DNA of 46,239 nt from Nocardioides sp. (GTDB taxonomy: Bacteria > Actinomycetota > Actinomycetes > Propionibacteriales > Nocardioidaceae): assembly GCA_025937085.1 (NCBI GenBank), contig JAICSC010000001.1:1-46239 (forward strand), read 5' to 3'. Shown one piece after another: positions 37,127 to 46,239 of this stretch. Below the pieces are notes generated by a model. It had not been told where the DNA came from and did no database searches. It saw nothing but the letters and a program-made list of their open reading frames with translations. A program made the position numbers and the translations under genes. Numbering within the stretch: position 1 is the stretch's first letter; each line of letters opens with the position of its first letter.

Positions 37127-37756
37127 TTAGCGCGTGAGGACCACCGAGAGGACTGACGAGACACCGGATTGCGCGATCGTCCGTGCTGAGGTCTGGCTCA
37201 CGCCGAGGACGACCAGTGCTCCGTTGCCGACCTCCGGGGTGGCTTCGCTCGACCGGGGAATCGCGAGCACGGGCACCGCATGACCGACCACGGCTGCGGT
37301 CGGCTCGCCCTGCGGGTCTGCGGCGAGTACGTCGATCCGGTCACCGACCCGCAGGAGTCGAACCGCCGCGGCGTCGGCGATCCGGACCGGTAGTGCCACC
37401 AGACCCGGATAGCCGTCGAGCAAGGTGCCCGTGACCAGTCGTGCGTCGGTCAGCGGCTCACCCGCCCGGACCGGCCCGGCCGTCGTACGCCCGACAGCGT
37501 CGGACGCCGTGCCGATTGTCCCGGACGGGACACTGTCGCTGTCGAAAGCGGTGCGGTGCAGGTCGCTCGTTCGGACGACGATCCCGCCGGGAAGCTCGTG
37601 GGCCGCCGTCCACACCATGGTCCGCGGGGGTGCGGGTGCGGCGTTGGCCTGCAGAGCGACCACGACGGCGACGGCGGCGCACAGCGCGGCCAGGGGGCGC
37701 CGCCGCGCCAGGACGACACGACGCAGACGGCGCAGGGAGAGGAGGAGACGGCTCAT
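37127..37756 (-). CDS. SAF-domain/CpaB-like protein (Rv0990c-like)
   Basis: AHELPGG, VRAGEPLTDARL, LRVGDRIDVL; conserved position between fmdB and mscL. Confidence 0.85.
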   Translation of the reverse strand: MSRLLLSLRRLRRVVLARRRPLAALCAAVAVVVALQANAAPAPPRTMVWTAAHELPGGIVVRTSDLHRTAFDSDSVPSGTIGTASDAVGRTTAGPVRAGEPLTDARLVTGTLLDGYPGLVALPVRIADAAAVRLLRVGDRIDVLAADPQGEPTAAVVGHAVPVLAIPRSSEATPEVGNGALVVLGVSQTSARTIAQSGVSSVLSVVLTR

Positions 37757-37819
37757 CCCTGAAGGCTAGGAACTTCGAGGGATCGGCGTCGTCCGTCATC
37801 CACAGGCAGCCGCCACGGG

Positions 37820-38176
37820 TCAGGCGGCGCTGGGTGAGTCCTTCGTGCTGGCGGCCTTGGCATAGCTCTTGGCGGCGGGCTTGTCGGCGCTCGAGGAGTC
37901 GCTGCCCGACGACTCGCCGCTGGAGGAGCCGGGCTTGGAGTCGGACGTGGAGTCGGCGGCCTTCACGGGCTTGCCGTCGGCCTTGCCGTTGGTCTCGGTC
38001 GAGCGGCTGTCGGTGCGGTAGAAGCCCGAGCCCTTGAACACGACACCCACCGCGTTGAAGACCTTCCGCAACCGGCCCTGGCACTGCGGGCACACCGTGA
38101 GAGCGTCGTCATCGAAGCTCTGGAACTGCTCGAACGAGTGGTCACACTCGGTGCAGGCGTACTGGTAGGTGGGCAC
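37820..38176 (-). CDS. FmdB-family zinc-ribbon protein with disordered tail (Rv0991c-like)
   Basis: PTYQYACTEC...CPQC...FKGSGFYRTD; GGAGG RBS. Confidence 0.92.
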   Translation of the reverse strand: MPTYQYACTECDHSFEQFQSFDDDALTVCPQCQGRLRKVFNAVGVVFKGSGFYRTDSRSTETNGKADGKPVKAADSTSDSKPGSSSGESSGSDSSSADKPAAKSYAKAASTKDSPSAA

Positions 38177-38215
38177 TGGTCCTCCATGGAGCTCATGCGG
38201 CGCCCGGTTGGTGAG

Positions 38216-38242
38216 TTGGCACTCTGAGGCGTCGACTGCTAA
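38216..38242. promoter_or_regulatory. CIRCE (HrcA operator)
   Basis: TTGGCACTC-N9-GACTGCTAA against the consensus TTAGCACTC-N9-GAGTGCTAA. Confidence 0.85.
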
Positions 38243-38280
38243 GTATCTCAACACGGCCGCGTTTCGCAAACTTCCCGAAC

Positions 38281-38370
38281 CCTGCGGATGGGCCGACTCG
38301 ACGGGGTTCGGGCCTGCGGATGGGCCGACTCGACGGGGTTCGGGCCTGCGGATGGGCCGACTCGACGGGG
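38281..38370 (-). repeat. 32-bp intergenic tandem repeat, 2.8 copies, same family as 36563-36677 but inverted
   Basis: CCTGCGGATGGGCCGACTCGACGGGGTTCGGG; its reverse complement contains GAGTCGGCCCATCCGCAGG. Confidence 0.95.
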
Positions 38371-38381
38371 CAGAAGGCACA

Positions 38382-41039
38382 ATGGCGGCCGTGCCCGCGT
38401 CCGTAGAGCCCTCGCGACGCGGGGAGCCGGAGACCTCGCCACCCGGACCGACGCGCGGGCTCCGGGCCTGGCCGCGCTGGGGCCGCTGGTCGACGTACGC
38501 CGCGACCGTGCTCGTCCTGGTTCTGGTGGCCGGTCTCGTCGCGGTCGTGGAGGTGGTCCGGTGGTCGTTCCCGCAGACCGACGGGGAGATCGCCGTGCCC
38601 GGTCTGAACAGCGAGGTGAGGGTGCTCCGGGACGACCACGGGATCCCGCAGGTGTACGCCAGCACCGGCCACGACCTGTTCTACGCCCAGGGGTTCACCC
38701 AGGCCCAGGACCGCTTCTTCGAGATGGACGTGCGGCGGCACACCACCGCCGGCCGACTCTCGGAGATGTTCGGCGCCACGACCCTTGGCATCGACGAGAC
38801 GGTCCGGACGATGGGCTGGCGGCGGGTCGCCCAGCAGGAGCTGTCCCGGTTGAGCCCGGAGACCGAGAGCTACCTGCAGGCCTTCAGCGACGGCGTCAAC
38901 GCCTACATCCACCAGCACACCCCCGCCCAGATGTCCCTGGAGTACACCCTGCTTGGCCTGTCCGGCCTCCACTACCAGGTCGCGGACTGGACCCCCGTGG
39001 ACTCCGTCTCCTGGCTCAAGGCGATGGCGTGGAACCTCAGCGGAAACATGCGGGACGAGGTCCAGCGGGGCCTGCTGTCGGGGACCCGCACGCCCGCGGA
39101 GATCGCCAGCCTCTACCCGCCGTACCCCTATGCCCGGCACCGCCCGATCGTCGATCAGGGTGCCGTCGTGGACAACGTCTTCGAGCAGGACGCGACCGCT
39201 CCCGGGACCCGCAAGCCCGCCCGCCCGCCGCTGGGACACGGCGCGCGGCAGGCCCTGCGGCGCGTGGGCCGCGTGCTGGACGCGATGCCGCAGACGCTCC
39301 GGTCCGGCGACGGGCTCGGCTCCAACGCGTGGGTGGTCGACGGGGAGCACTCGACGACCGGCAAGCCGATCCTCGCCAACGACCCGCACCTCGGCGTGTC
39401 GGTGCCCGCCATCTGGTACCAGATGGGCCTGCACTGCACCCGGCTGACCCCGCGGTGCCCGTTCGACGTCACCGGCTTCACGTTCGCCGGCCTACCCGGG
39501 GTGGTGATCGGCCACAACCAGCAGATCGCCTGGGGGTTCAGCAACCTGGGCGCCGACGTGCAGGACCTCTACCTGGAGAAGGTCACCGGCCGGACCTACC
39601 TGTACGACGGGCGACAACGCCCCCTGCGGATGCGCGACGAGGCGATCAGGGTGCACGGCCGCGACAAGCCGTTCCGGTTCACGGTCCGCGCGACCCGCCA
39701 CGGACCGCTGCTCTCCGACGTGGACAGCACCCTGAGCACCGTCGGCGCGAACTCGCCCGCCGGGGCCCACGCCCCGCCGAGGGGCAACGGCTACGCGGTG
39801 TCGCTCGAGTGGACCGCCCTGACCCCCGGCCGCACCGCCGACGCCCTCTTCGGGTTCGACCGGGCAACCACCTGGCGGCAGTTCCGCCACGCGGCGCAGG
39901 ACTTCGCCGTGCCGTCGCAGAACCTCGTGTACGCGGACCGGGCCGGCAACATCGGCTACCAGGCACCCGGCCGCATCCCGATCCGCAAGTCCGGCGTCAC
40001 CGGCGACCTCCCGGCCCGGGGCTGGCTGCGGGCCGACGACTGGACCGGGACCTACGTGCCGTACGCCGCGCTGCCCAGCGTCCTGAACCCCTCCAACGGG
40101 CTCGTGGCGACCGCCAACCAGGCCGTCGTAGCCAAGGACTACCCCTACTACCTGGGCGACTCGTGGGCCTACGGCTACCGCAGCCAGCGGATCTTCGACC
40201 TGCTGACCCGCAAGCCGAGGCTCAGCGTCGCGGACATGTCCCGGATCCAGCTGGACACTCGCAACGGCTTCGCACCGACCCTGGTGCCCTACCTGCTCAA
40301 GATCTTCATGCCCTCGCAGTACCTCTCCGGCGGTCAGCGGCTCCTCCAGGGCTGGAACTTCGAGCAGGGCGCCGACTCCGCGGCAGCCGCCTACTACAAC
40401 GCGGTCTGGAGGAACACGCTCGCACTGACCTTCCACGACGACCTCGAGCGGCCAGTGTGGCCGGACGGGGACGGCCGCTGGTTCGAGGTGATGCGCACGC
40501 TGCTGGCGCACCCGGACAACTCCTGGTGGGACGACTCGAGGACCGACGGCGTCATCGAGGAGCGCGACGACATCCTCAGCAAGGCGATGAAGGAGGCCCG
40601 CGACGAGCTGGTCCGCCGGCAGGCGAGACGCGCCGTGGACTGGACCTGGGGTCACCAGCACCAGCTGGACCTGCGCAACCAGACCCTCGGCCAGTCCCAC
40701 CAACGGCTGGTGCGCTGGCTCTTCAACCGGGGCGGCTACCAGGTCGGCGGCGGCGGCGAGGTCGTCGACGCCACGCACTGGAACGCCGCGGCGACGGGCT
40801 GGGACAGCTACCACGTCACCGCGGCCCCGTCCATGCGGATGGTGGTCTCGCTCGCCGACCTCGACGACTCGAGGTGGGTCAACCTCACCGGCGCCTCAGG
40901 GCACGCGTTCGACCCCCACTACGTCGACCAGACCCGCCTGTGGGCCGACGGTCGCACGCTCGCCTGGCCGTTCACCCACAGCGCCGTCTCGGCCGCGACC
41001 CGCAGGACGCTGACCCTCACACCCGCCGCAGACGGGTGA
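38382..41039 (+). CDS. Penicillin acylase-family Ntn hydrolase with N-terminal membrane anchor
   Basis: RDDHGIPQVYA, AQDRFFEMD, GSNAW (nucleophile Ser), ANDPHL, TAN. Confidence 0.95.
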   Translation: MAAVPASVEPSRRGEPETSPPGPTRGLRAWPRWGRWSTYAATVLVLVLVAGLVAVVEVVRWSFPQTDGEIAVPGLNSEVRVLRDDHGIPQVYASTGHDLFYAQGFTQAQDRFFEMDVRRHTTAGRLSEMFGATTLGIDETVRTMGWRRVAQQELSRLSPETESYLQAFSDGVNAYIHQHTPAQMSLEYTLLGLSGLHYQVADWTPVDSVSWLKAMAWNLSGNMRDEVQRGLLSGTRTPAEIASLYPPYPYARHRPIVDQGAVVDNVFEQDATAPGTRKPARPPLGHGARQALRRVGRVLDAMPQTLRSGDGLGSNAWVVDGEHSTTGKPILANDPHLGVSVPAIWYQMGLHCTRLTPRCPFDVTGFTFAGLPGVVIGHNQQIAWGFSNLGADVQDLYLEKVTGRTYLYDGRQRPLRMRDEAIRVHGRDKPFRFTVRATRHGPLLSDVDSTLSTVGANSPAGAHAPPRGNGYAVSLEWTALTPGRTADALFGFDRATTWRQFRHAAQDFAVPSQNLVYADRAGNIGYQAPGRIPIRKSGVTGDLPARGWLRADDWTGTYVPYAALPSVLNPSNGLVATANQAVVAKDYPYYLGDSWAYGYRSQRIFDLLTRKPRLSVADMSRIQLDTRNGFAPTLVPYLLKIFMPSQYLSGGQRLLQGWNFEQGADSAAAAYYNAVWRNTLALTFHDDLERPVWPDGDGRWFEVMRTLLAHPDNSWWDDSRTDGVIEERDDILSKAMKEARDELVRRQARRAVDWTWGHQHQLDLRNQTLGQSHQRLVRWLFNRGGYQVGGGGEVVDATHWNAAATGWDSYHVTAAPSMRMVVSLADLDDSRWVNLTGASGHAFDPHYVDQTRLWADGRTLAWPFTHSAVSAATRRTLTLTPAADG

Positions 41040-41628
41040 CGCCCGACGGGGTGACGACGGCGGTCACCGGCCGGTCGTGCGGGCCCGCCGGGACCTCGTC
41101 GACCAGCTCGTCGTCGTAGAGCAGGGTGCAGGTGAACGTCCCCACCGGCACCCGGCCGAGCGCCCGGTCGTAGCAGCCACCACCCTGGCCGAGCCGCATC
41201 CCCGTGCGGTCCACGGCCTGCCCCGGCGTGAGGACCACGTCGGCCGTCGCGACCGCGTCGAGCCCGAGCCGGGGTCCCTCCGGCTCGAGCAGCCCGCGTC
41301 GGGCGCGGACCAGGCCGGTCGGTCCGTCGTACACCGCCCAGTCGAGGTCCAGGTCGGGCAGCACCACGGGGACGATGACCCGGCGGCCCAGGTCCAGCAG
41401 CTGCTCCAGCAGGGGTCCGGTGCCCGGCTCGTTGCTGACCGAGACGTAGGCCGCGACGGTGGCCGCCCGTCGTACCTCCGCAGTGCCGAGCAGGTGGTCT
41501 GCGATCGAGCGTGCCGACTGGGCCACGTCCCACAGCGAGCGGCGGTTGCGGGCCGTCACGAGCCGGTCGCGCATCGCCGTCTTGCGCGCGGCCGTCGCGT
41601 CGAGGTTGCCACGAGGGATGGGGTCCAC
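41017..41628 (-). CDS. 5-formyltetrahydrofolate cyclo-ligase
   Basis: EPGT, VDRTGMRLGQGGGCYDRAL, PHD. Start approximate. Confidence 0.92.
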   Translation of the reverse strand: MDPIPRGNLDATAARKTAMRDRLVTARNRRSLWDVAQSARSIADHLLGTAEVRRAATVAAYVSVSNEPGTGPLLEQLLDLGRRVIVPVVLPDLDLDWAVYDGPTGLVRARRGLLEPEGPRLGLDAVATADVVLTPGQAVDRTGMRLGQGGGCYDRALGRVPVGTFTCTLLYDDELVDEVPAGPHDRPVTAVVTPSGVTRLRRV

Positions 41629-41690
41629 ACGCACGACGCTACCCACCACCCGCACACGGTCGGCCGCCTCGGGTCGGTACCCTCGGGCGC

Positions 41691-43064
41691 ATGAGCGACC
41701 AGGGTCTGGAGCAGGCGCGCGCGAAGATGACCGACGCTGGTGTGGACCCGGTCGCAATCGACGTGTTCGAGCACTACTACCGGCAGGTCGAGAGCGGCGA
41801 GACCGGGATGATCCCCGAGTCGACGATCGACCCGGTGGACATCGCGGCGCTCGCCGACGCCGACCTTCCGGACACCACCGACGGGCTGGCCGGCACGGTG
41901 GTCGTCAAGCTCAACGGGGGCCTCGGCACGTCCATGGGGCTGGAGGCGGCCAAGTCGCTGCTCCAGGTGCGCGAGGGACTGACGTTCCTCGACGTCATCG
42001 CGCGGCAGGTGCTGGCTGCCCGCAAGAGCTACGGGGTGGCCCTGCCGCTGGTCTTCATGGACAGCTTCCGCACCTCGAAGGACACCACCGCGGCGCTGAG
42101 CGCCTATGACCTCGCGGTGGACGGCCTGCCGCTGGACTTCCTGCAGAACAAGGAGCCCAAGCTGCTGGCCGCCGACCTCAGCCCGGTCACCTGGGAGGCC
42201 GACCCGGACCTCGAATGGTGCCCGCCGGGACACGGCGACCTCTACACCGCCCTGCGCGGCAGTGGGCTGCTCGACCGGCTGATCGAGGCGGGCTACCGGC
42301 GCGCGTTCGTGTCCAACTCCGACAACCTCGGCGCCACCCCCGACCCCCGGGTCGCGGAGTGGTTCGCCCGCTCCGGTGCGCCGTTCGCCATCGAGGCGGT
42401 CCGTCGGACCCCGTCGGACCGCAAGGGCGGGCACTTCGCGCGGCGTACGTCGGACGGGCGGCTCGTGCTGCGGGAGACCGCGCAGACGCTGGACGAGGAC
42501 AAGGAGGCGCTGGCCGACCTGAGCCGGCACCGGTTCGCGTCGACGAACAACCTGTGGGTCGACCTCGAGGCGCTCCGCGACGAGCTCGAGCGCCGCAACG
42601 GGATCCTCGGCCTCGCGCTGATCAAGAACACCAAGACCGTGGACCCCTCGGACCCAGGCAGTCCCGAGGTGATCCAGATCGAGAGTGCCATGGGCGCCGC
42701 GATCGAGGTGTTCGACGGTGCCCAGCTGGTCGAGGTGGAGCGGTCGCGGTTCATCCCGGTGAAGACCACCAACGACCTGCTGGTGCTGCGCTCGGACTGC
42801 TACCGGCTCACCGACCAGCACCACCTGGAGTTCGAGGACGGCGTCTCATCGGTGCCGTTCGTGGATCTCGATCCGCGCTTCTACAAGCTCGTGCACCGTT
42901 TCGACGAGCGGTTCCCCGACGGAACGCCGTCCCTGCGGGGGGCCGAGGAGCTCGTCGTGCACGGGGACTGGACGTTCGGCAAGGGCGTCACCGTGCGGGG
43001 CCGTGTGGAGCTCGAGGACACCGGCCGGCCCGCCCGGGTGGAGGCGGGCACCTCCCTCGCGTGA
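41691..43064 (+). CDS. UTP--glucose-1-phosphate uridylyltransferase, eukaryote/UgpA type
   Basis: KLNGGLGTSMG...KS, WCPPGHGD, SNSDNLGA, KGG, NNLW, RFIPVKTTNDL. Confidence 0.93.
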   Translation: MSDQGLEQARAKMTDAGVDPVAIDVFEHYYRQVESGETGMIPESTIDPVDIAALADADLPDTTDGLAGTVVVKLNGGLGTSMGLEAAKSLLQVREGLTFLDVIARQVLAARKSYGVALPLVFMDSFRTSKDTTAALSAYDLAVDGLPLDFLQNKEPKLLAADLSPVTWEADPDLEWCPPGHGDLYTALRGSGLLDRLIEAGYRRAFVSNSDNLGATPDPRVAEWFARSGAPFAIEAVRRTPSDRKGGHFARRTSDGRLVLRETAQTLDEDKEALADLSRHRFASTNNLWVDLEALRDELERRNGILGLALIKNTKTVDPSDPGSPEVIQIESAMGAAIEVFDGAQLVEVERSRFIPVKTTNDLLVLRSDCYRLTDQHHLEFEDGVSSVPFVDLDPRFYKLVHRFDERFPDGTPSLRGAEELVVHGDWTFGKGVTVRGRVELEDTGRPARVEAGTSLA

Positions 43065-43087
43065 CGAGAGCCGGTTAGGGTCGAGTC

Positions 43088-44356
43088 ATGTCAGCAGAGC
43101 CTGCCTGGGCAACACACCTGATGCCGTCCGACCGGCTGAGCACCGTTGACGAGCACGTGGAGCGGATCGTCGGCGCGCTGCAGCCGCTCGAACCCTACGA
43201 CCAGCCGCTTCTCGAGTGCCTGGGACTGCCGATCTGCGAGACGGTCGTCGCGCCGATGGACCTGCCGTCCTTCGACAACTCGGCGATGGACGGCTACGCG
43301 GTCTCCTACGACGACGTGGTGTCCGCGTCCGTGGACCAGCCCGTGCACCTGCCCGTCACGGGGGAGATGGCGGCCGGCCAGACGAGGATGCTGGCGTTGA
43401 GCCCCGGGACCTCGGTGCGGATCATGACCGGCGCCCCCGTCCCGCGCGGGGCAGACGCGATCGTGCCGGTCGAGTGGACCGATGCCGGACTCGCCTCGGT
43501 GCGGATCACCCGGGCGCCGCAGCGGGGCGAGCACGTCCGGTACCAGGGCGAGGACGTCAGGATCGGCGACGTGCTCCTCGACGAGGGCACGGTGATGGGT
43601 CCTCGTCAGCTGGGACTGCTCGCGTCCGTGGGTCGGGGGCAGGTGCGCTCGCGTCCGCGCCCACGCGTCGTCGTCATATCCACCGGGGCCGAGCTCCGGG
43701 ATCCGGGCGCGACCCTGGGTCACGACTCGATCTTCGACGCCAACTCCTTCATGCTCGCGGCTTGCGCACGCTCGGCCGGCGCGATCGCCTACCGGGTCGG
43801 CATCGTCTCCGACGACCCGGACGAGTTCCGGGACGCTCTCTCCGACCAGCTGGTGCGCGCCGACCTGGTGGTGACCAGTGGTGGCGTGAGCAAGGGTGCT
43901 TACGACGTCGTCAAGGAGGTGCTCTCCGAGCTGGGCACCGTCTCGTTCGGGGAGGTCGCGATGCAGCCGGGCAAGCCTCAGGGCTTCGGCTTCGTGGGCG
44001 AGGACGCGACCCCGATCATCACCCTGCCTGGCAACCCGGTGTCGTCCTACGTCTCGTTCGAGGTGTTCGCGGTCCCCGCGATCCGCCGTCTGATGGGTCG
44101 TCCGCCGTACTCTCGTCCGAGCGTGGGAGCCGTGTGCACGCAGGGGTTCTCCTCCGCCCCGGACCGCGCCCAGTACGTCCGCGCGCGCCTCGAGGTCGAG
44201 GGCGCCCGGACGACCGTGTCGCGGGTGGGTGGCCACGGGTCGCACCTGATGGGCGACCTCGCCGAAGCGAACGCGCTGATCGTGGTGCCTGCGGAGACCG
44301 TCCGGGTCGACAGTGGCAGCACGGTGCAGGTGCTCGCCCTTGACCGGGGCTTCTGA
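43088..44356 (+). CDS. moeA: Molybdopterin molybdotransferase/gephyrin-like Glp
   Basis: SAMDGYA, IMTGAP, STGAEL, SGGVSKG, QPGKP, LPGNP. Confidence 0.95.
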   Translation: MSAEPAWATHLMPSDRLSTVDEHVERIVGALQPLEPYDQPLLECLGLPICETVVAPMDLPSFDNSAMDGYAVSYDDVVSASVDQPVHLPVTGEMAAGQTRMLALSPGTSVRIMTGAPVPRGADAIVPVEWTDAGLASVRITRAPQRGEHVRYQGEDVRIGDVLLDEGTVMGPRQLGLLASVGRGQVRSRPRPRVVVISTGAELRDPGATLGHDSIFDANSFMLAACARSAGAIAYRVGIVSDDPDEFRDALSDQLVRADLVVTSGGVSKGAYDVVKEVLSELGTVSFGEVAMQPGKPQGFGFVGEDATPIITLPGNPVSSYVSFEVFAVPAIRRLMGRPPYSRPSVGAVCTQGFSSAPDRAQYVRARLEVEGARTTVSRVGGHGSHLMGDLAEANALIVVPAETVRVDSGSTVQVLALDRGF

Positions 44357-44357
44357 G

Positions 44358-44855
44358 ATGACCGACCGGCAGCCACGCCTCACCCACGTCGACGCGTCCG
44401 GGGCGGCTCGGATGGTCGACGTCTCGGACAAGAACGAGACGCGCCGCGAGGCCGTGGCCACCGGAAGGGTGCTCGTGTCCCGGACCGTCGTCGACCTGCT
44501 GCGCGGATCCGGCGTGCCCAAGGGTGACGCCTTGGGGGTGGCGCGGATCGCCGGCATCATGGCCGCCAAGCGAACCCCGGACCTGGTGCCGCTCTGCCAC
44601 CCGCTGGCGATCTCCGGTGTCACGGTGGACCTCGTCCTGGTCGAGGACGCGGTGCAGATCACCGCCACGGTGCGTACCACCGACCGCACCGGCGTGGAGA
44701 TGGAGGCGCTGACCGCTGTGTCGGTCGCGGCCCTCACGGTCGTGGACATGGTCAAGGCCGTCGACAAGCACTCGGTCATCACCGACGTCCGGGTGGAGTC
44801 CAAGTCCGGTGGCCGGAGCGGGGACTGGAGCCGGGCCTCGGGGGAGCATCCGTGA
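44358..44855 (+). CDS. moaC: Cyclic pyranopterin monophosphate synthase
   Basis: MVDVSDK, AAKRT..LVPLCH, TGVEMEAL, DMVK. Confidence 0.96.
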   Translation: MTDRQPRLTHVDASGAARMVDVSDKNETRREAVATGRVLVSRTVVDLLRGSGVPKGDALGVARIAGIMAAKRTPDLVPLCHPLAISGVTVDLVLVEDAVQITATVRTTDRTGVEMEALTAVSVAALTVVDMVKAVDKHSVITDVRVESKSGGRSGDWSRASGEHP

Positions 44856-45322
44856 GAGCCACCGTGGTGTGCGCGTCCAACCGGGCGGCGGCCGGGGTCT
44901 ATGAGGACACCACCGGCCCGGTGATCGTGGGCGCGCTGCGGGACCTCGGGTTCGAGGTGACCGGCCCGGTCGTCGTGCCCGACGGCGACCCGGTCGCGGA
45001 CGCGATCCGGGAGGCCGTCGACGCCGGCGCCCACGTGGTCCTGACCACGGGGGGCACCGGCCTCACGCCGACCGACCTCACCCCGGAGGTGACCCGACCG
45101 CTCCTGGACCGGGAGGTGCCGGGCATCGCGGAGGCGATCCGGGCCCACGGCAGCGCGCAGGGGGTCGGCACAGCCGCGCTGTCCCGCGGGCTGGCCGGGG
45201 TCCGCGGCCGGGCCCTGGTCGTCAACCTCCCGGGCTCGCGCGGAGGGGTCAAGGACGGGCTGGCCGTGCTCGCGCCGATGCTGGTGCACGCTGTGCAGCA
45301 GATCGCCGGGAGCGACCACTGA
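44852..45322 (+). CDS. MogA/MoaB-family molybdopterin adenylyltransferase
   Basis: TTGGTG..PTDLTPE, SRG, NLPGS. Confidence 0.93.
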   Translation: MRATVVCASNRAAAGVYEDTTGPVIVGALRDLGFEVTGPVVVPDGDPVADAIREAVDAGAHVVLTTGGTGLTPTDLTPEVTRPLLDREVPGIAEAIRAHGSAQGVGTAALSRGLAGVRGRALVVNLPGSRGGVKDGLAVLAPMLVHAVQQIAGSDH

Positions 45323-45360
45323 GCTGGGTCAGCAAGCGGCCGGGCGGCCAGGCGTGGCAG

Positions 45361-45942
45361 GTGGAGCTGCGGGCCGGTCGCGTCGGACTGCGTCCGCTGG
45401 CGGCCAGTGACGCGCGGGCGTGGCAGGAGGTACGTCGCCGCAACGCCGACTGGCTGCGGCCCTGGGAGGCCACCGTGCCACCCGGGGACACGTCAGCGCC
45501 GCGGTCCTTCCGGGCACTGGTCCGCGACCTGCGGCGCCAGGCCCGTGACAACCGGGCGCTGCCGTTCGCGGTGACGGTCGAGAACGTCTTCGCCGGTCAG
45601 GTGACGGTGACCAACATCGTCGGTGGCTCGGCGAGGTGGGCCCAGGTGGGCTACTGGGTGGACCGCCGTTACGCCGGCCAGAACGTGATCCCGACGGCGG
45701 TGGCCCTGGTCGTGGACTACTGCTTGCTCGAGCTGAAGCTGCACCGCATCGAAGTGGCCATCCGGCCCGAGAACGTCGCCAGCCTGCGGGTCGTGGAGAA
45801 GCTCGGGCTGACGGAGGTCGGCTACGCCAAGGGCTACCTGCACATTGACGGCGACTGGCGGGACCACCGGCTGTTCGCGATCACCACCGAGGAGGCCGCC
45901 GGCGGTCTGCTGCGGCGATTCAAGGGCTCGCTGCCCGACTAA
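45361..45942 (+). CDS. rimJ: RimJ-like GNAT acetyltransferase
   Basis: WLRPWE, GYWVD, LHRIEVAIRPENVASLRVVEKLG, IDGDWRDH; conserved position after moeA. Confidence 0.88.
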   Translation: MELRAGRVGLRPLAASDARAWQEVRRRNADWLRPWEATVPPGDTSAPRSFRALVRDLRRQARDNRALPFAVTVENVFAGQVTVTNIVGGSARWAQVGYWVDRRYAGQNVIPTAVALVVDYCLLELKLHRIEVAIRPENVASLRVVEKLGLTEVGYAKGYLHIDGDWRDHRLFAITTEEAAGGLLRRFKGSLPD

Positions 45943-46033
45943 CCTCTTGAACCACAGCAGTCACAGGAGTTGCCTCGCGACACACCGTGCTGCCTGCCCG
46001 AGCGGGTCGCTCCAGGCTCCTATCGTTCGTGTC

Positions 46034-46239
46034 GTGGACCTGTCAGGAATCATCTTCGTCGTGCTTGCCGCGGTTTGGGCGGTCTATCTCATCCCCAAGG
46101 CGCTCAGGCAGCACGACGAGGTGGCGCGGCGCCGCTCGGTCGACCGGTCCTCCCCCAATGCGCGGGTCGTGGCTCGTCGCGAGCCCGTGAGCAGGCGCGA
46201 CGCCCGCCTCGTCGTCAACCCGGGTGCCGCGGACCCGGG
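46034..46239 (+). CDS. SepX/GlpR-like membrane protein, 5' part (runs off the window)
   Basis: MDLSGIIFVVLAAVWAVYLIPKALRQHDE...: N-terminal TM helix; position after moeA-rimJ as for Rv0996. Confidence 0.65.
   Translation, partial: MDLSGIIFVVLAAVWAVYLIPKALRQHDEVARRRSVDRSSPNARVVARREPVSRRDARLVVNPGAADP

Noticed and set aside
36563-38370. CRISPR arrays
   Set aside because: Units are head-to-tail with near-identical intervening sequence; there are no unique spacers and no cas genes.
43088-45322. Moco genes as dedicated partners of the island Mo hydroxylase
   Set aside because: moeA-moaC-mog sit in a conserved core locus ~32 kb away; proximity is probably incidental.

Overview
High-GC actinobacterial DNA; gene content suggests a Nocardioidaceae-like genome (inference). 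Positions ~1-24563 are a decaying accessory island. Its right edge is a tRNA-Arg(CCT) gene broken in the anticodon stem, with integrase-type repeats beside it. The island holds a frameshifted MobF/TrwC relaxase remnant, a NarL-type two-component module, two diverged ~685-bp MmcQ/YjbR units, an 80-bp IS21-derived miniature element and a tRNA-Val 3' remnant. It also holds a 7-gene molybdenum-hydroxylase catabolic cluster, a BNR/sialidase-like protein, a degenerate IS30, DUF2306, serine hydrolase and MarR genes, and a DUF3800-like gene with a structured 3' RNA. A degenerate ~27-bp dyad motif (hand consensus GAACCCGCATGCCGATCCCGCTGCGGGAC) recurs between island modules. Inverted copies of it bound both MmcQ units, which suggests a cassette-like mobility system. 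Positions ~24800-46239 are intact core-type genes: ALDH, GH13 glucosidase, GAF-GGDEF-EAL, TetR, PfpI, FUSC-like, glgC/glgA, epimerase, mscL, SAF, FmdB with a CIRCE operator, penicillin acylase, 5-FTHF cyclo-ligase, a eukaryote-type UGPase, moeA/glp, moaC, mog, rimJ and the start of a sepX/glpR-like gene. All family calls come from motif recognition by eye; no database search was run.
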